Of a DNA stretch of 64,000 bases, positions 1 through 9,668 are shown piece by piece (position 1 is the stretch's first letter; each line of letters begins with the position of its first letter). The notes under the pieces are model-generated. The model was not told the DNA's origin. It searched no databases and saw nothing but the letters and a program-made list of their open reading frames with translations. The DNA is from an uncultured Gammaproteobacteria bacterium. GTDB lineage: Bacteria > Patescibacteriota > Microgenomatia > UBA10105 > UBA927. Location: positions 128,132-192,131 of the forward strand of contig CAYMYO010000001.1 in the NCBI GenBank assembly GCA_964394685.1, written 5' to 3'. The translations under genes were made by a program, and so were the position numbers.

Positions 1-8
1 GCCTCGTC

Positions 9-2261
9 ATGCTTCTATTTACCTCCTCACGCATTTCATTTGGAGTCTACTTGCTCGTCATGACTGTTATGCTTTGGTGGCAGAATAAAAAGATATGGAT
101 TATCCCGATGATTATAGCGAGTTTTGTGGCGATGAGTTTGGTAAGCGGCGCATCCGAACGGTTTTATAAAACATTCAGGACCAGTGACGTTGTTGTTGAT
201 TTATCTACTGGCCGCCCCATTGGAACACTGGATAAACTTGAGGGATATCAAGCAACACTTGCTCAAAGCGAGTCACCGGCAGAGGAAAATTTGCCGACAG
301 GAAGTGAATATATAAATCTTGGATCAGTGAGCACTGATCAAATTAAAACAGTTTCTCTCTACCAAGCAAGAAATGTTTCTGGAGCGTCTGGAGAGATTGC
401 AACGATTTCCGGCAGCTTCCTCATTCAAAAAGCTCTTGTCTATGATATTTCCATTACTACCAGATTTCAGGGTCAATGGCCGCGGGCAATAGAAGCATTT
501 AAACGAAATATTTTTCTTGGAAGCGGATATTCATCTCTTTCTGTTGCAGTGGACGGGGATTATCATCGCATGTTTGGGGAAACCGGAATTATTGGTGCCA
601 TCGCTTTTTTGGGAATATTTGCTGCATCTTTTTTTATTTTTGCCAAGCGTATTGGAACACTTTCAACACTTGACCGGTCGTTTGTCATAGGTGTGTACGC
701 GGGTATGGTAGGACTTATTATTAACGCGGTTCTTATTGACGTATTTGAAGCGTCAAAAGTTGCCTATACCCTTTGGATTTTGCAAGGAGTCGTGTTGGCC
801 ATTCTTGTATCAAGGAAGCCATTTACGCTCCATTATGCTCACTATCTATGGAAATTGGCGACAAATAAGTGGGCGTACGTATGTTATTTGTTTTTAGCAG
901 TAACACTTATTTGGGGAAAAGCATACCAACTTTATTTTTTAGGAGATGATTTTACATGGCTTAAATGGGCTGCTCAAAGTAGTGTTTCAGACATCGGAAC
1001 GTTTTTTACCAACTCACAGGGATTTTTCTATCGTCCCATTCCAAAGTTATGGTATTTTCTTTTATTTTCTATTTTTTGGCTTAAACCTTTTGCATATCAT
1101 CTTATGTCGATAGGGTTATTACTTGGAACCACATGGCTTATATATATTGTATTTCATCAGGTATCTGTCAGAAAACCAATAGCATGGATTGGTGCGTTAG
1201 CATTTGCATCTTTATCAGTTCACCATGAAAATATTTATTGGATATCCGGTCAAAGCAGTATGTTATCCGGATTTTTTCTCCTTGCTTCAGTTGTCACTCT
1301 GGGTCAACCGTTATCATATGTGTTAGTCGCCCTTTCCATGTTATCTTATGACGGCATGGTGATAGCTCCGCTTGTACTTTTTGTTATTTCCTTGGTATAT
1401 GCAAAAAATAAGAAATTAAGTGTTGTATATTTACTATTTATTCCACTCTATTGGCTTCTTCGAAATTACGCGGGAGCGCTCGCATCAAGCGGGGATTATG
1501 GATATAAACTTTCAACGTTTGTCGTCAACACAATTGGCAACGTTACTGGATACACAGTATCAATATTTTTAGGTCCAGCGGTTGTTGAAAAATGGAACGC
1601 ATTTCGAGTACTGCTGAGGCCCCATCTGTGGGAAGTTACTATTGCAGGTATTCTTGCGATGGTCGGGTTATTCTTTTTATATCGCGGGTTTCGAAAAAAT
1701 ATTCCTATTGGAAATAAACTGCTTGTTTGGTTTTTGTGCTATCTCATTACTCTTGCTGCATACGCACCGCTTGGAGGAATGGCGGAACGGTATCTGTATA
1801 TTCCTTCAATATTTTTTATCATCGGATTTGTTCTACTTATCGATCGTTTGTGGAAAATCATTTCAATTATTGGAAAGTGCGTTGTCATTATCCTGACAGC
1901 TGGATTATTGTATATAAACATTGTTGATACCCAGCGAGTGGGGAACGATTGGATAAAAGCAAGCAGTGTTGTTGAACAAACGCTTCGTATTATTAAAAAG
2001 GAAGCATTTCCAGCGCTTTCTATAAAACAATTCTTTATCGCGGATATTCCAATTCGATATGGACGCGCATGGATATTTCCAACCGGTATGACAGATGCTT
2101 TATGGCATATCTATAGGCAAAGCCCTTATTCGGTAACTCCGGTATCTTCCATTGAAGAAGGATATTCGATGCAAGTTAAAACTGGTGATAGAGAGATATT
2201 TATATTTGATAATTTAGTTCTTAAACGAGGAATTAAGATTGATAAACCAGTTGAAAAATAA
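9..2261 (+). CDS. Large polytopic membrane protein: Wzy/O-antigen-ligase-like N-terminal half fused to a GT-C (PMT/ArnT-like) glycosyltransferase-like C-terminal half. Possibly 5'-truncated by the window edge.
   Basis: 750-aa ORF with more than 12 predicted hydrophobic helices. It has an FLGDDFTW-type acidic loop motif as in GT-C enzymes. The frame is open back to position 1 with no in-frame stop upstream, so the true start may lie outside the window. Confidence 0.45.
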   Translation: MLLFTSSRISFGVYLLVMTVMLWWQNKKIWIIPMIIASFVAMSLVSGASERFYKTFRTSDVVVDLSTGRPIGTLDKLEGYQATLAQSESPAEENLPTGSEYINLGSVSTDQIKTVSLYQARNVSGASGEIATISGSFLIQKALVYDISITTRFQGQWPRAIEAFKRNIFLGSGYSSLSVAVDGDYHRMFGETGIIGAIAFLGIFAASFFIFAKRIGTLSTLDRSFVIGVYAGMVGLIINAVLIDVFEASKVAYTLWILQGVVLAILVSRKPFTLHYAHYLWKLATNKWAYVCYLFLAVTLIWGKAYQLYFLGDDFTWLKWAAQSSVSDIGTFFTNSQGFFYRPIPKLWYFLLFSIFWLKPFAYHLMSIGLLLGTTWLIYIVFHQVSVRKPIAWIGALAFASLSVHHENIYWISGQSSMLSGFFLLASVVTLGQPLSYVLVALSMLSYDGMVIAPLVLFVISLVYAKNKKLSVVYLLFIPLYWLLRNYAGALASSGDYGYKLSTFVVNTIGNVTGYTVSIFLGPAVVEKWNAFRVLLRPHLWEVTIAGILAMVGLFFLYRGFRKNIPIGNKLLVWFLCYLITLAAYAPLGGMAERYLYIPSIFFIIGFVLLIDRLWKIISIIGKCVVIILTAGLLYINIVDTQRVGNDWIKASSVVEQTLRIIKKEAFPALSIKQFFIADIPIRYGRAWIFPTGMTDALWHIYRQSPYSVTPVSSIEEGYSMQVKTGDREIFIFDNLVLKRGIKIDKPVEK

Positions 2262-3705
2262 TTTTATGAGAAAGAAATATTTTTTAGTTATCATATTTTT
2301 TATTATCGCGATTGTGAGTATCATTCTTCGCATGTACAAGATAACAGCGCCCGTTGCCGACTGGCACAGTTGGAGGCAAGCAGATACAGCGGCTGTTGCA
2401 AGAAACTATATGAGATTTGGTATCGATCCATTACGGCCTCGCTATGATGATTTGTCTAATATCCAATCAGGGCATGATAATCCCCAAGGGTATCGAATGG
2501 TTGAGTTTCCGTTGTATCAAGTCGTCGGAGCATATATTGGAAATATGTTTTCAACAATTCCAATCGAAGTTATTTTACGGGTTCTTACGGCTATTGCATC
2601 AACAATTACCGGACTTGCGCTTGGAATAGTAATCCTTCGGAGAATCGGAACGGTGGCTGGAATTGCAACCTTTTTTGTGTATGCAATTCTTCCGTACAGC
2701 ATGTATTACGGAAGAACAATATTGCCTGATCCGCACGCTGTCATGTTGGCAGTTGGGAGCGTACTGTGTGTTGATATCGGAATGACAGCGCAAAAAAGAA
2801 AGTGGGTGTACATCATACTGGGAACTGTCATGGCGGCATTAGCAATGCTGGTCAAACCCGTTGCAGGATTTTTACTTCTTCCAATAATTGGCATAGTTCT
2901 ACCCAATAGAAAAAACATTCTATCATCGCTTGGAATATTATTTTTTTATGGAGCTATCGCAATTGTTCCTTTTCTTTTATGGAGACAATGGATTTTGAAG
3001 TACCCGGAAGGAATTGCCGTATACACGTGGTTATTTAACGCAAATAATATCCGTTTTAAAGGCGCGTGGTTTAACTGGCTTTTCGCTGAAAGGATCGCTA
3101 AACTCATACTTGGTTATTGGGGAATGATTCTATTGGGATTCGGACTTGTCGCACCAGTGAAAAAAGAACATAAAGGAATACTTTTTTGGTTTGTTATCGG
3201 ATCTCTCGCGTACATGACTATTTTAGCAGCGGGTAACGTTCAGCATGACTATTATCAGATTTTGATTCTCCCAACAATAACTGCAGTTGTAGGAACCGGT
3301 ATTGGGTGGATGATGACGCAAAAAGGAAACAGAATTGCATTATATCTGACAACTATTGTCAGCGTCATATTTATGTGCATGTTTTCCTGGTATACAATTC
3401 GCACGTATTATTGGATTAACCGTCCGGAGATTGTTGAAGCAGGGAACATGGCAAATACACTTCTTCCAAAAGATGCAAAAGTGATAGTTCCGTATAACGG
3501 GGACACAACATTTTTATATCAAACAGGCCGTCAGGGATGGCCATTGGGATTTGATATTGATAAAAAAATCAAAATGGGGGCAACACACTATGTAACTGTA
3601 TCTCCAACAGATGCAGATCTTGAAACCAGAGACTTAGCGAAAATGTATACAGTACTAGTTCGCAATGACAAGTATGCAATTATTGATTTAACGAAAAAAC
3701 AATGA
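2239..3705 (+). CDS. GT-C family membrane glycosyltransferase (PMT_2/ArnT-like, GT39/GT83-type).
   Basis: 488 aa and polytopic. The N-terminal loop motif ...ADWHSWRQADTAAVARNY... is typical of ArnT/PMT-like polyprenyl-phosphate-sugar-dependent transferases. The start could instead be at 2266 (MRKKYF). Confidence 0.55.
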   Translation: MINQLKNNFMRKKYFLVIIFFIIAIVSIILRMYKITAPVADWHSWRQADTAAVARNYMRFGIDPLRPRYDDLSNIQSGHDNPQGYRMVEFPLYQVVGAYIGNMFSTIPIEVILRVLTAIASTITGLALGIVILRRIGTVAGIATFFVYAILPYSMYYGRTILPDPHAVMLAVGSVLCVDIGMTAQKRKWVYIILGTVMAALAMLVKPVAGFLLLPIIGIVLPNRKNILSSLGILFFYGAIAIVPFLLWRQWILKYPEGIAVYTWLFNANNIRFKGAWFNWLFAERIAKLILGYWGMILLGFGLVAPVKKEHKGILFWFVIGSLAYMTILAAGNVQHDYYQILILPTITAVVGTGIGWMMTQKGNRIALYLTTIVSVIFMCMFSWYTIRTYYWINRPEIVEAGNMANTLLPKDAKVIVPYNGDTTFLYQTGRQGWPLGFDIDKKIKMGATHYVTVSPTDADLETRDLAKMYTVLVRNDKYAIIDLTKKQ

Positions 3706-4895
3706 ACATTCTTTTTATAAGCGCAGTACTTCCATATCCACTCCATTCCGGAGGGCAAATCCGGATGTATCAACTGCTGAAACGATTATCCAAAAAACAT
3801 TCAATCACCCTTCTTTCGTTTATTCGAAATGAAAAGGAGAAAGAATATCTGAAAGACCTATCATTTTTAACTCGTGTGGAAACGGTTTATCGCGGGAAAG
3901 CTCTTCAATTAAAATACCTTCTCGGCGCTTTAGGAAATTATTCCTGGTTATTGTCTTCATACAACAATAAGGAAATGAGAGAACGTATCAAGTATCACAT
4001 ATCCCCGCCTGCCGGACGGGCAGGAAGTATCAAGTATGATTTGATTCATATCGAACCGTTTTATGTCTATCCATCACTTCCAAAACTTCCTATTCCACTG
4101 GTGATTGGTGAGCACAATGTTGAATATTCTATTTATGAACAATATGTACGAAAATTTCCTTTATCGTTTCTTCGACCATTTTTGTTTTTTGATGTTGTGA
4201 AAACACGAATTTGGGAAGAAACTGTTTGGAAAAAAACACAAACATTGCTTTCTGTTTCAGAAGCTGATCGTGAGGTCATGGCTAAGATTCGAACAAAACC
4301 AATTACCGTTATTCCCAATGGTGTTGATTGCGATTTTTATAGATATTCAAAAAAAACAATTACCGCGAGCTCACTTCGATGTTTATTTATCGGAGATTTT
4401 GCATGGATGCCGAATAGGGAAGCTGTGTCAACACTCCTTAAATCTATATGGCCAACTATTCTGGCAGTTTATCCTAAGGCAACGCTTACAGTTGTTGGAA
4501 AACAATTTCCGAAAGCGCTTGCACAGTATGTAAATACATCTGTAACGCTGGTAGAGCATGTTCCTGACATACGAACGATGTATGGCGCACATTCGATTCT
4601 TCTTGCTCCTATGGGAATCGGAGGTGGGACAAAATTTAAACTTTTAGAAGCAATGGCTTCTGGACTTGTTGTTATAACAACAAAAGAGGGGAGAATGGGG
4701 CTTTCAATGAAGCCTGAACAAGATTTATTCGAAGCTCGAACAAATGAAGCGTATCTTGAGAAAATACAAGAATTATGTGCTCATTCAGAAAAAGTATCTT
4801 CTATGACTAGGCATGCTCGGAATATCATCGAAGAACAATACAATTGGGATACAATAGCCCAGTTGCAAGATACAGTATGGAGGTCAACCGTATGA
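3702..4895 (+). CDS. Glycosyltransferase family 4 (GT-B).
   Basis: N-terminal MNILFISAVLPYP..GGQ motif, and a C-terminal ...KLLEAMASGLVVITT.. EX7E-like region. ATGA overlap with the upstream stop. Confidence 0.8.
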   Translation: MNILFISAVLPYPLHSGGQIRMYQLLKRLSKKHSITLLSFIRNEKEKEYLKDLSFLTRVETVYRGKALQLKYLLGALGNYSWLLSSYNNKEMRERIKYHISPPAGRAGSIKYDLIHIEPFYVYPSLPKLPIPLVIGEHNVEYSIYEQYVRKFPLSFLRPFLFFDVVKTRIWEETVWKKTQTLLSVSEADREVMAKIRTKPITVIPNGVDCDFYRYSKKTITASSLRCLFIGDFAWMPNREAVSTLLKSIWPTILAVYPKATLTVVGKQFPKALAQYVNTSVTLVEHVPDIRTMYGAHSILLAPMGIGGGTKFKLLEAMASGLVVITTKEGRMGLSMKPEQDLFEARTNEAYLEKIQELCAHSEKVSSMTRHARNIIEEQYNWDTIAQLQDTVWRSTV

Positions 4896-5770
4896 AGTCG
4901 ATTGATATATCTGTTGTTATTTTAAATTTTAATACTCTCGAGCTTACAAAACGTTGCTTAGAAAGTTTGAAGCGGTCAAAGTTAGGATCATGCACCATGG
5001 AGATTATTGTCTGCGACAACGCTTCAACGGATGGAACTATGGAGATGATCAAAAAAGAATTTCCGGATGTAGTACGTATTCAAAACAACGGGAATATCGG
5101 ATTTGCAGCTGGAAACAATTCAGGAATAAAACAAGCGAAAGGAAGATATGTTCTCCTTCTTAACTCTGATACGGAAGTTGAACCAAATGTTTTGAAATCC
5201 ATGATTGCTTTCATGGACGTTCATCCAAAAACAGGTGCAGCTACATGTAAACTTCAGCTATTAGATGGAACTATGGATCCGGCGTGCCATCGTGGTCTTC
5301 CAACACCATGGAATGCATTTACGTATTATGCAAGATTAGAAAAACTATTTCCAAAAGTAAAACTCCTTAGCGGTTATCATCAGTTATATAAAGATCTATC
5401 TACTATTCATGAAGTTGAAAGCATTAGCGGCGCGTTTTTTCTGGTACGGCGCGAAGTGATTGAATCTGTTGGCGTGCTTGATGAAGACTACTTTATGTAC
5501 GGAGAGGATATTGATTGGGCATATAGAATAAAAGTTGCAGGTTGGCAGATATGGTTTAATCCAAACGTTACTACGTTACATAAAAAGAAACAAAGTGGAC
5601 GGTCTCATAGCAATCGCGAGCGCAGGATTAAAACTCAAACGCTATTTATCACCTATAATAAATTGTTTTATACAAAACATTATGAAAAGAAATATCCATG
5701 GTTTATTACGTGGATTGTATATCGAGCGTTTGATCTGCAACTAGTTCTGTTAAAACTTTTTGGAATATAA
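4892..5770 (+). CDS. Glycosyltransferase family 2 (GT-A).
   Basis: ISVVILNFN...CDNASTDGT...DxD-like LNSDTEV motifs. GGAGG Shine-Dalgarno 8 nt upstream of the ATG at 4892. ATGA overlap with the upstream gene. Confidence 0.8.
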   Translation: MKSIDISVVILNFNTLELTKRCLESLKRSKLGSCTMEIIVCDNASTDGTMEMIKKEFPDVVRIQNNGNIGFAAGNNSGIKQAKGRYVLLLNSDTEVEPNVLKSMIAFMDVHPKTGAATCKLQLLDGTMDPACHRGLPTPWNAFTYYARLEKLFPKVKLLSGYHQLYKDLSTIHEVESISGAFFLVRREVIESVGVLDEDYFMYGEDIDWAYRIKVAGWQIWFNPNVTTLHKKKQSGRSHSNRERRIKTQTLFITYNKLFYTKHYEKKYPWFITWIVYRAFDLQLVLLKLFGI

Positions 5771-5775
5771 CACAT

Positions 5776-6867
5776 ATGCGAATTGGCATTGATGCACGGC
5801 TTATCAATGAAACGGGAGTTGGACGGTATATCCGTAATTTACTTGCGGAATTAGCCCTTCTTGATACACCTCACACGTTTGTTGTGTTTTTGCTCCCTGA
5901 TGCCTATGATACGTTTCATCTGCCAGCTGGCAGATGGGAGAAGCGAATTGCTAATGTCCATTGGCATACGCTTAAAGAACAACTGGTTATGCCGAAGTTA
6001 TTTAACAAAGCACAAGTAGATCTTGTTCATATTCCATATTTCAATGTTCCTCTATTTATTCCAAAGCCATATATTGTGACAATTCACGATTTAACAGTAC
6101 TACACTACCAGACGGGAAAAGCTACCACACTGCCATATATATTATATGTTCTAAAATGGATTGGATATTATTTGGTTCTTCGTATTGGACTTGCAAGAGC
6201 AAAACACATCATTGCCGTGTCAAAGACAGTTCGTGATGATTTACAACAAAGTCTTGGAGTGCCGAAAGACAAGATAACCGTTACGTACGAAGGAGTAGAT
6301 AAAAGTATCAAGTATGAAAATACGAAATTAAAAATTCATCAACCGTATTTATTATATGTCGGGAATGCATACCCACATAAAAATGTTGAAATGCTCATTC
6401 GAGCTTTTGATACGTTTAAAAAAATACCAGAAGGAAAAGATTTCCACTTAGTACTTATCGGATCAGATACCATGTTTTATAAAAGGCTCCATAGGCTTGT
6501 TGAAACGCTACCATCAAAAGTCGCAATTCAGTTTATGGGGACAATTTCGGATGAAGATCTTGTCCATGCATATACGTATGCGCACGCGCTTGTCTTTCCT
6601 TCACTTTCTGAAGGATTTGGACTGCCGGCTCTTGAAGCTCTGTCTCTCGGATGCCCTGTTATTTGTTCTGATATTCCAATATTTCATGAGATATTAGGAA
6701 GCTCTGCGACCTATTTTAATCCGAAGTCCGTAGACTCACTTGTATCTGTTTTACGCAGCGTGTCGAAAAAAATGGAAATGCCAGATGTAAACGTATTAAA
6801 ACGATATTCATGGAATAAAATGGCAGCGCAAACACTCGCGATATATGAACGTAGCACTGGTGTATGA
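5776..6867 (+). CDS. Glycosyltransferase family 4.
   Basis: C-terminal FPSLSEGFGLPALEALSLGCPVICSDIP motif, the GT4 E-X7-E region. Confidence 0.8.
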   Translation: MRIGIDARLINETGVGRYIRNLLAELALLDTPHTFVVFLLPDAYDTFHLPAGRWEKRIANVHWHTLKEQLVMPKLFNKAQVDLVHIPYFNVPLFIPKPYIVTIHDLTVLHYQTGKATTLPYILYVLKWIGYYLVLRIGLARAKHIIAVSKTVRDDLQQSLGVPKDKITVTYEGVDKSIKYENTKLKIHQPYLLYVGNAYPHKNVEMLIRAFDTFKKIPEGKDFHLVLIGSDTMFYKRLHRLVETLPSKVAIQFMGTISDEDLVHAYTYAHALVFPSLSEGFGLPALEALSLGCPVICSDIPIFHEILGSSATYFNPKSVDSLVSVLRSVSKKMEMPDVNVLKRYSWNKMAAQTLAIYERSTGV

Positions 6868-7936
6868 TCGGGTAAATAAGATTGGTGGAGCAGAACGAGT
6901 ACTTCTCGCACTTCACGAACTATTTCCTGATGCGCCTCTTTATACAGCCGTGTATGATCCCAAAAGAGCTTCATGGGCAGAGGTTTTTCAAGTCAAGCCA
7001 ACATGGATGAACTCGATACCACTTGCCAAATCTAATCATGAATTTTTTCCCTGGTTAACTCCGTTTGCGTTTGAATCCATTGATTTTGATGATTTTGATC
7101 TGGTGATATCAATAACTAGCGCGGAGGCCAAATCCATCATCACAAAACCAAAAACAAAACACATCTGTTATTGTCTGACACCCACGAGGTATTTATGGAG
7201 CGGTTTTAACTTTTATACAAACAAAACAGATCTTTCCTCATTTTTTTTGAAGCTTTTCGCGCCAATGCTTCGGAAATGGGATCTTGTTGCATCGACACGC
7301 CCTGATTATATGATTGCCATTTCCCAGCGTGTTGCAAAACGGGTGAAGCAATATTACAAACGATCTGTTGATTCGGTTATTTATCCGCCGGTTCAAACTG
7401 ATTTTTTTATTCCCGCTCTTAAATCACGAAATGATTATTATCTCTATGTATCACGTCTCGTTTCATATAAAAGGCCTGATATTGTTATTGACGCATTTAA
7501 TAAAAACGGACATCCACTTGTTGTCGTTGGCACCGGGAGTCAAAAACAACGTCTTATGGAACAAGCAAAGGGAAATATTACGTTTACTGGACCCATTGTT
7601 ACTGATATTGAACTGCGTACGTATTATCAGCACTGCCGCGCATTAGTATTTGCTGGTGACGAAGATTTCGGTATTGTTGCTGCTGAGGCGCAAAGTTGTG
7701 GAAAACCAGTGATAGCATATAAACAGAGTGGAATTTCTGAAATTGTTATAGACGGCAAAACAGGAATATTGTTTGATAAGCAAACTGCTTCGTCATTGCA
7801 GTCGGTTGTTGAAAAAGAACGGACAATGACATTTGATAGCAGCGTGTGTCGAACGCAAGGAGTCCGTTTTGATGAGCATCGTTTTAAAGAAGAATTTCGA
7901 ACATTTATAAAAACCGTGTATAATACTTCTTTATGA
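6845..7936 (+). CDS. Glycosyltransferase family 4.
   Basis: Canonical GT4 N-terminus MNVALVYDRVNKIGGAERV, and GDEDFGIVAAEAQSCGKPVIA. 23-bp overlap with the upstream gene. Confidence 0.8.
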   Translation: MNVALVYDRVNKIGGAERVLLALHELFPDAPLYTAVYDPKRASWAEVFQVKPTWMNSIPLAKSNHEFFPWLTPFAFESIDFDDFDLVISITSAEAKSIITKPKTKHICYCLTPTRYLWSGFNFYTNKTDLSSFFLKLFAPMLRKWDLVASTRPDYMIAISQRVAKRVKQYYKRSVDSVIYPPVQTDFFIPALKSRNDYYLYVSRLVSYKRPDIVIDAFNKNGHPLVVVGTGSQKQRLMEQAKGNITFTGPIVTDIELRTYYQHCRALVFAGDEDFGIVAAEAQSCGKPVIAYKQSGISEIVIDGKTGILFDKQTASSLQSVVEKERTMTFDSSVCRTQGVRFDEHRFKEEFRTFIKTVYNTSL

Positions 7937-9015
7937 AGGTAATCATATTTGCTGGAGGTGTTGGATCACGACTTTGGCCACTTTCTCGAAAAAAATCTCC
8001 GAAGCAATTCGAAAAGATCATCGGAGACAAATCAACGCTTCAACTAGCTGCTTTCAGACTTCAACCTGATTTTAAATGGCAGGATATCTATGTAGCCACG
8101 AATTCAAGCTACGCAGATATTGTGCATGAGCAACTTCCTCAATTACATCCAAATCACGTCATAGGAGAACCAGTTATGCGGGATGTCGGTCCTGCAGTTG
8201 GATTGGCAGCAGCCATTTTAGCTCGTGAAAATCCACTTGAGCCAATGGTTATTCTCTGGAGCGATCATCTGGTTAAAAAAGACGCACTGTTTAGAAAAAT
8301 TCTTCTTTCAGCGGGATCACTGGTTGAAAAAGAACAAGATAGGATAGTCTTTGTTGCTCAAAAAGCCCGTTTCGCGAGTGAAAATTTAGGGTGGATAAAC
8401 TTCGGAAAAGAAGTAAAAAATAGTGACGGAACTACATTTCATTCATTTGTAGATTTTCAATATAGACCGGACGGGGTAACGGCGAAACAATATTTTGAAA
8501 GTGGCCATCATGCGTGGAATTTAGGATATTTTGTCACAACACCTAAGTTTTTATTATCGTTATATGAAACATTTGTCCCGAATGTATATAAGGGAATATC
8601 GCAAATTGCAGAAACCTGGCATACTGATGCGTTTAATAAAACCCTTGAGGATGTATACCCAACACTTGAAAAAATTAGTTTTGATAACGCAATATTGGAA
8701 AAGTTAAACCCCGCGAATGCGTATGTCGTGTCGGAAAATATCGAATGGAGTGATATTGGTGCGTGGGAAGCGCTTAAAGAAGCGCTCGAGGAGTCAAAAA
8801 ATAAGAATGTGACGCAGGGAAGAGTGTTATTGCAAGACACAGAAGATTCACTTGTGTATAACTACGGAAAACAACTCGTTGTTGCCATCGATGGAAGCGA
8901 GCTTCTTGTTGTCAATACTGATGATGTCATCATGATATGTAAAAAAACATCTGTGCCAAAAATTAAAAAACTTGTTGAAAGTTTTAATGGAACAGAACAT
9001 GAAAAACTTACCTGA
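7933..9015 (+). CDS. manC: Mannose-1-phosphate guanylyltransferase (GDP-mannose pyrophosphorylase, ManC-type, no PMI domain).
   Basis: MKVIIFAGGVGSRLWPLSRKKSPKQF nucleotidyltransferase signature. 360-aa length. ATGA overlap with the upstream gene. Confidence 0.75.
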   Translation: MKVIIFAGGVGSRLWPLSRKKSPKQFEKIIGDKSTLQLAAFRLQPDFKWQDIYVATNSSYADIVHEQLPQLHPNHVIGEPVMRDVGPAVGLAAAILARENPLEPMVILWSDHLVKKDALFRKILLSAGSLVEKEQDRIVFVAQKARFASENLGWINFGKEVKNSDGTTFHSFVDFQYRPDGVTAKQYFESGHHAWNLGYFVTTPKFLLSLYETFVPNVYKGISQIAETWHTDAFNKTLEDVYPTLEKISFDNAILEKLNPANAYVVSENIEWSDIGAWEALKEALEESKNKNVTQGRVLLQDTEDSLVYNYGKQLVVAIDGSELLVVNTDDVIMICKKTSVPKIKKLVESFNGTEHEKLT

Positions 9016-9658
9016 ACCCATGTGGTATGCGTTTACAAAGAGGTGTGTTGATATTTTAGGTGGACTGACCATCAGTCTTGTGTTTCTCCCGGTTTCTCTT
9101 GTTACAGCCATTGCCATCATCCTTGATAGTCCCGGACCTATTTTTGCAGACACCCCAGAGCGGGTTGGTAAGGGGGGAAAATTATTTAAACTGTATAAAT
9201 TCCGTTCAATGATCGTAAACGCCCATTCTATGCTTCGATGTGATCCAACAATGAAGAAATTGTATGAAGAGTACCGGCATAATAGTTATAAATTGAAAAA
9301 AGATCCACGAGTAACACGTGTCGGTCGGTTTATCAGAAAACACTCGATTGATGAAATCCCACAATTATTAAACGTGCTATGGGGAGATATGAGTTTAGTT
9401 GGTCCACGGCCATACTACCCCGATGAACTCAGGGAGCAGCAAAAAAAATATCCTCATACAAAAGAACTCGTAAAAATCGTGTTGTCTGCTAAACCAGGAG
9501 TTACCGGTTATTGGCAAGTGTCAGGAAGAAGTGAAGTAAATTTCGATAAACGAATTCAAATGGACGCGGAATACGTCATACGACGATCATTACTTTTTGA
9601 TATTATCATTATGCTTAAAAGCCCTTGGGCTATGATTTCAGGAATTGGTGCCGTATAA
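8999..9658 (+). CDS. Polyprenyl-phosphate sugar-1-phosphate transferase (bacterial sugar transferase, WbaP/CpsE C-terminal-domain type).
   Basis: One N-terminal TM helix, then [27 protein letters not shown]...[21 protein letters not shown], the hallmark of the Bac_transf family. The ORF opens at 8972; the start is placed at 8999 (MKNLPEP). Confidence 0.8.
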   Translation: MKNLPEPMWYAFTKRCVDILGGLTISLVFLPVSLVTAIAIILDSPGPIFADTPERVGKGGKLFKLYKFRSMIVNAHSMLRCDPTMKKLYEEYRHNSYKLKKDPRVTRVGRFIRKHSIDEIPQLLNVLWGDMSLVGPRPYYPDELREQQKKYPHTKELVKIVLSAKPGVTGYWQVSGRSEVNFDKRIQMDAEYVIRRSLLFDIIIMLKSPWAMISGIGAV

Positions 9659-9668
9659 TATCTACGAC

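Noticed and set aside
1642-1927. Short ORFs (60-90 aa) nested within or opposite to long genes throughout the track, for example 1642-1896, 2417-2918 and 16311-17098.
   Set aside because: They lie entirely inside well-supported longer CDSs on other frames or strands, and lack RBS and family signals. Treated as frame shadows.
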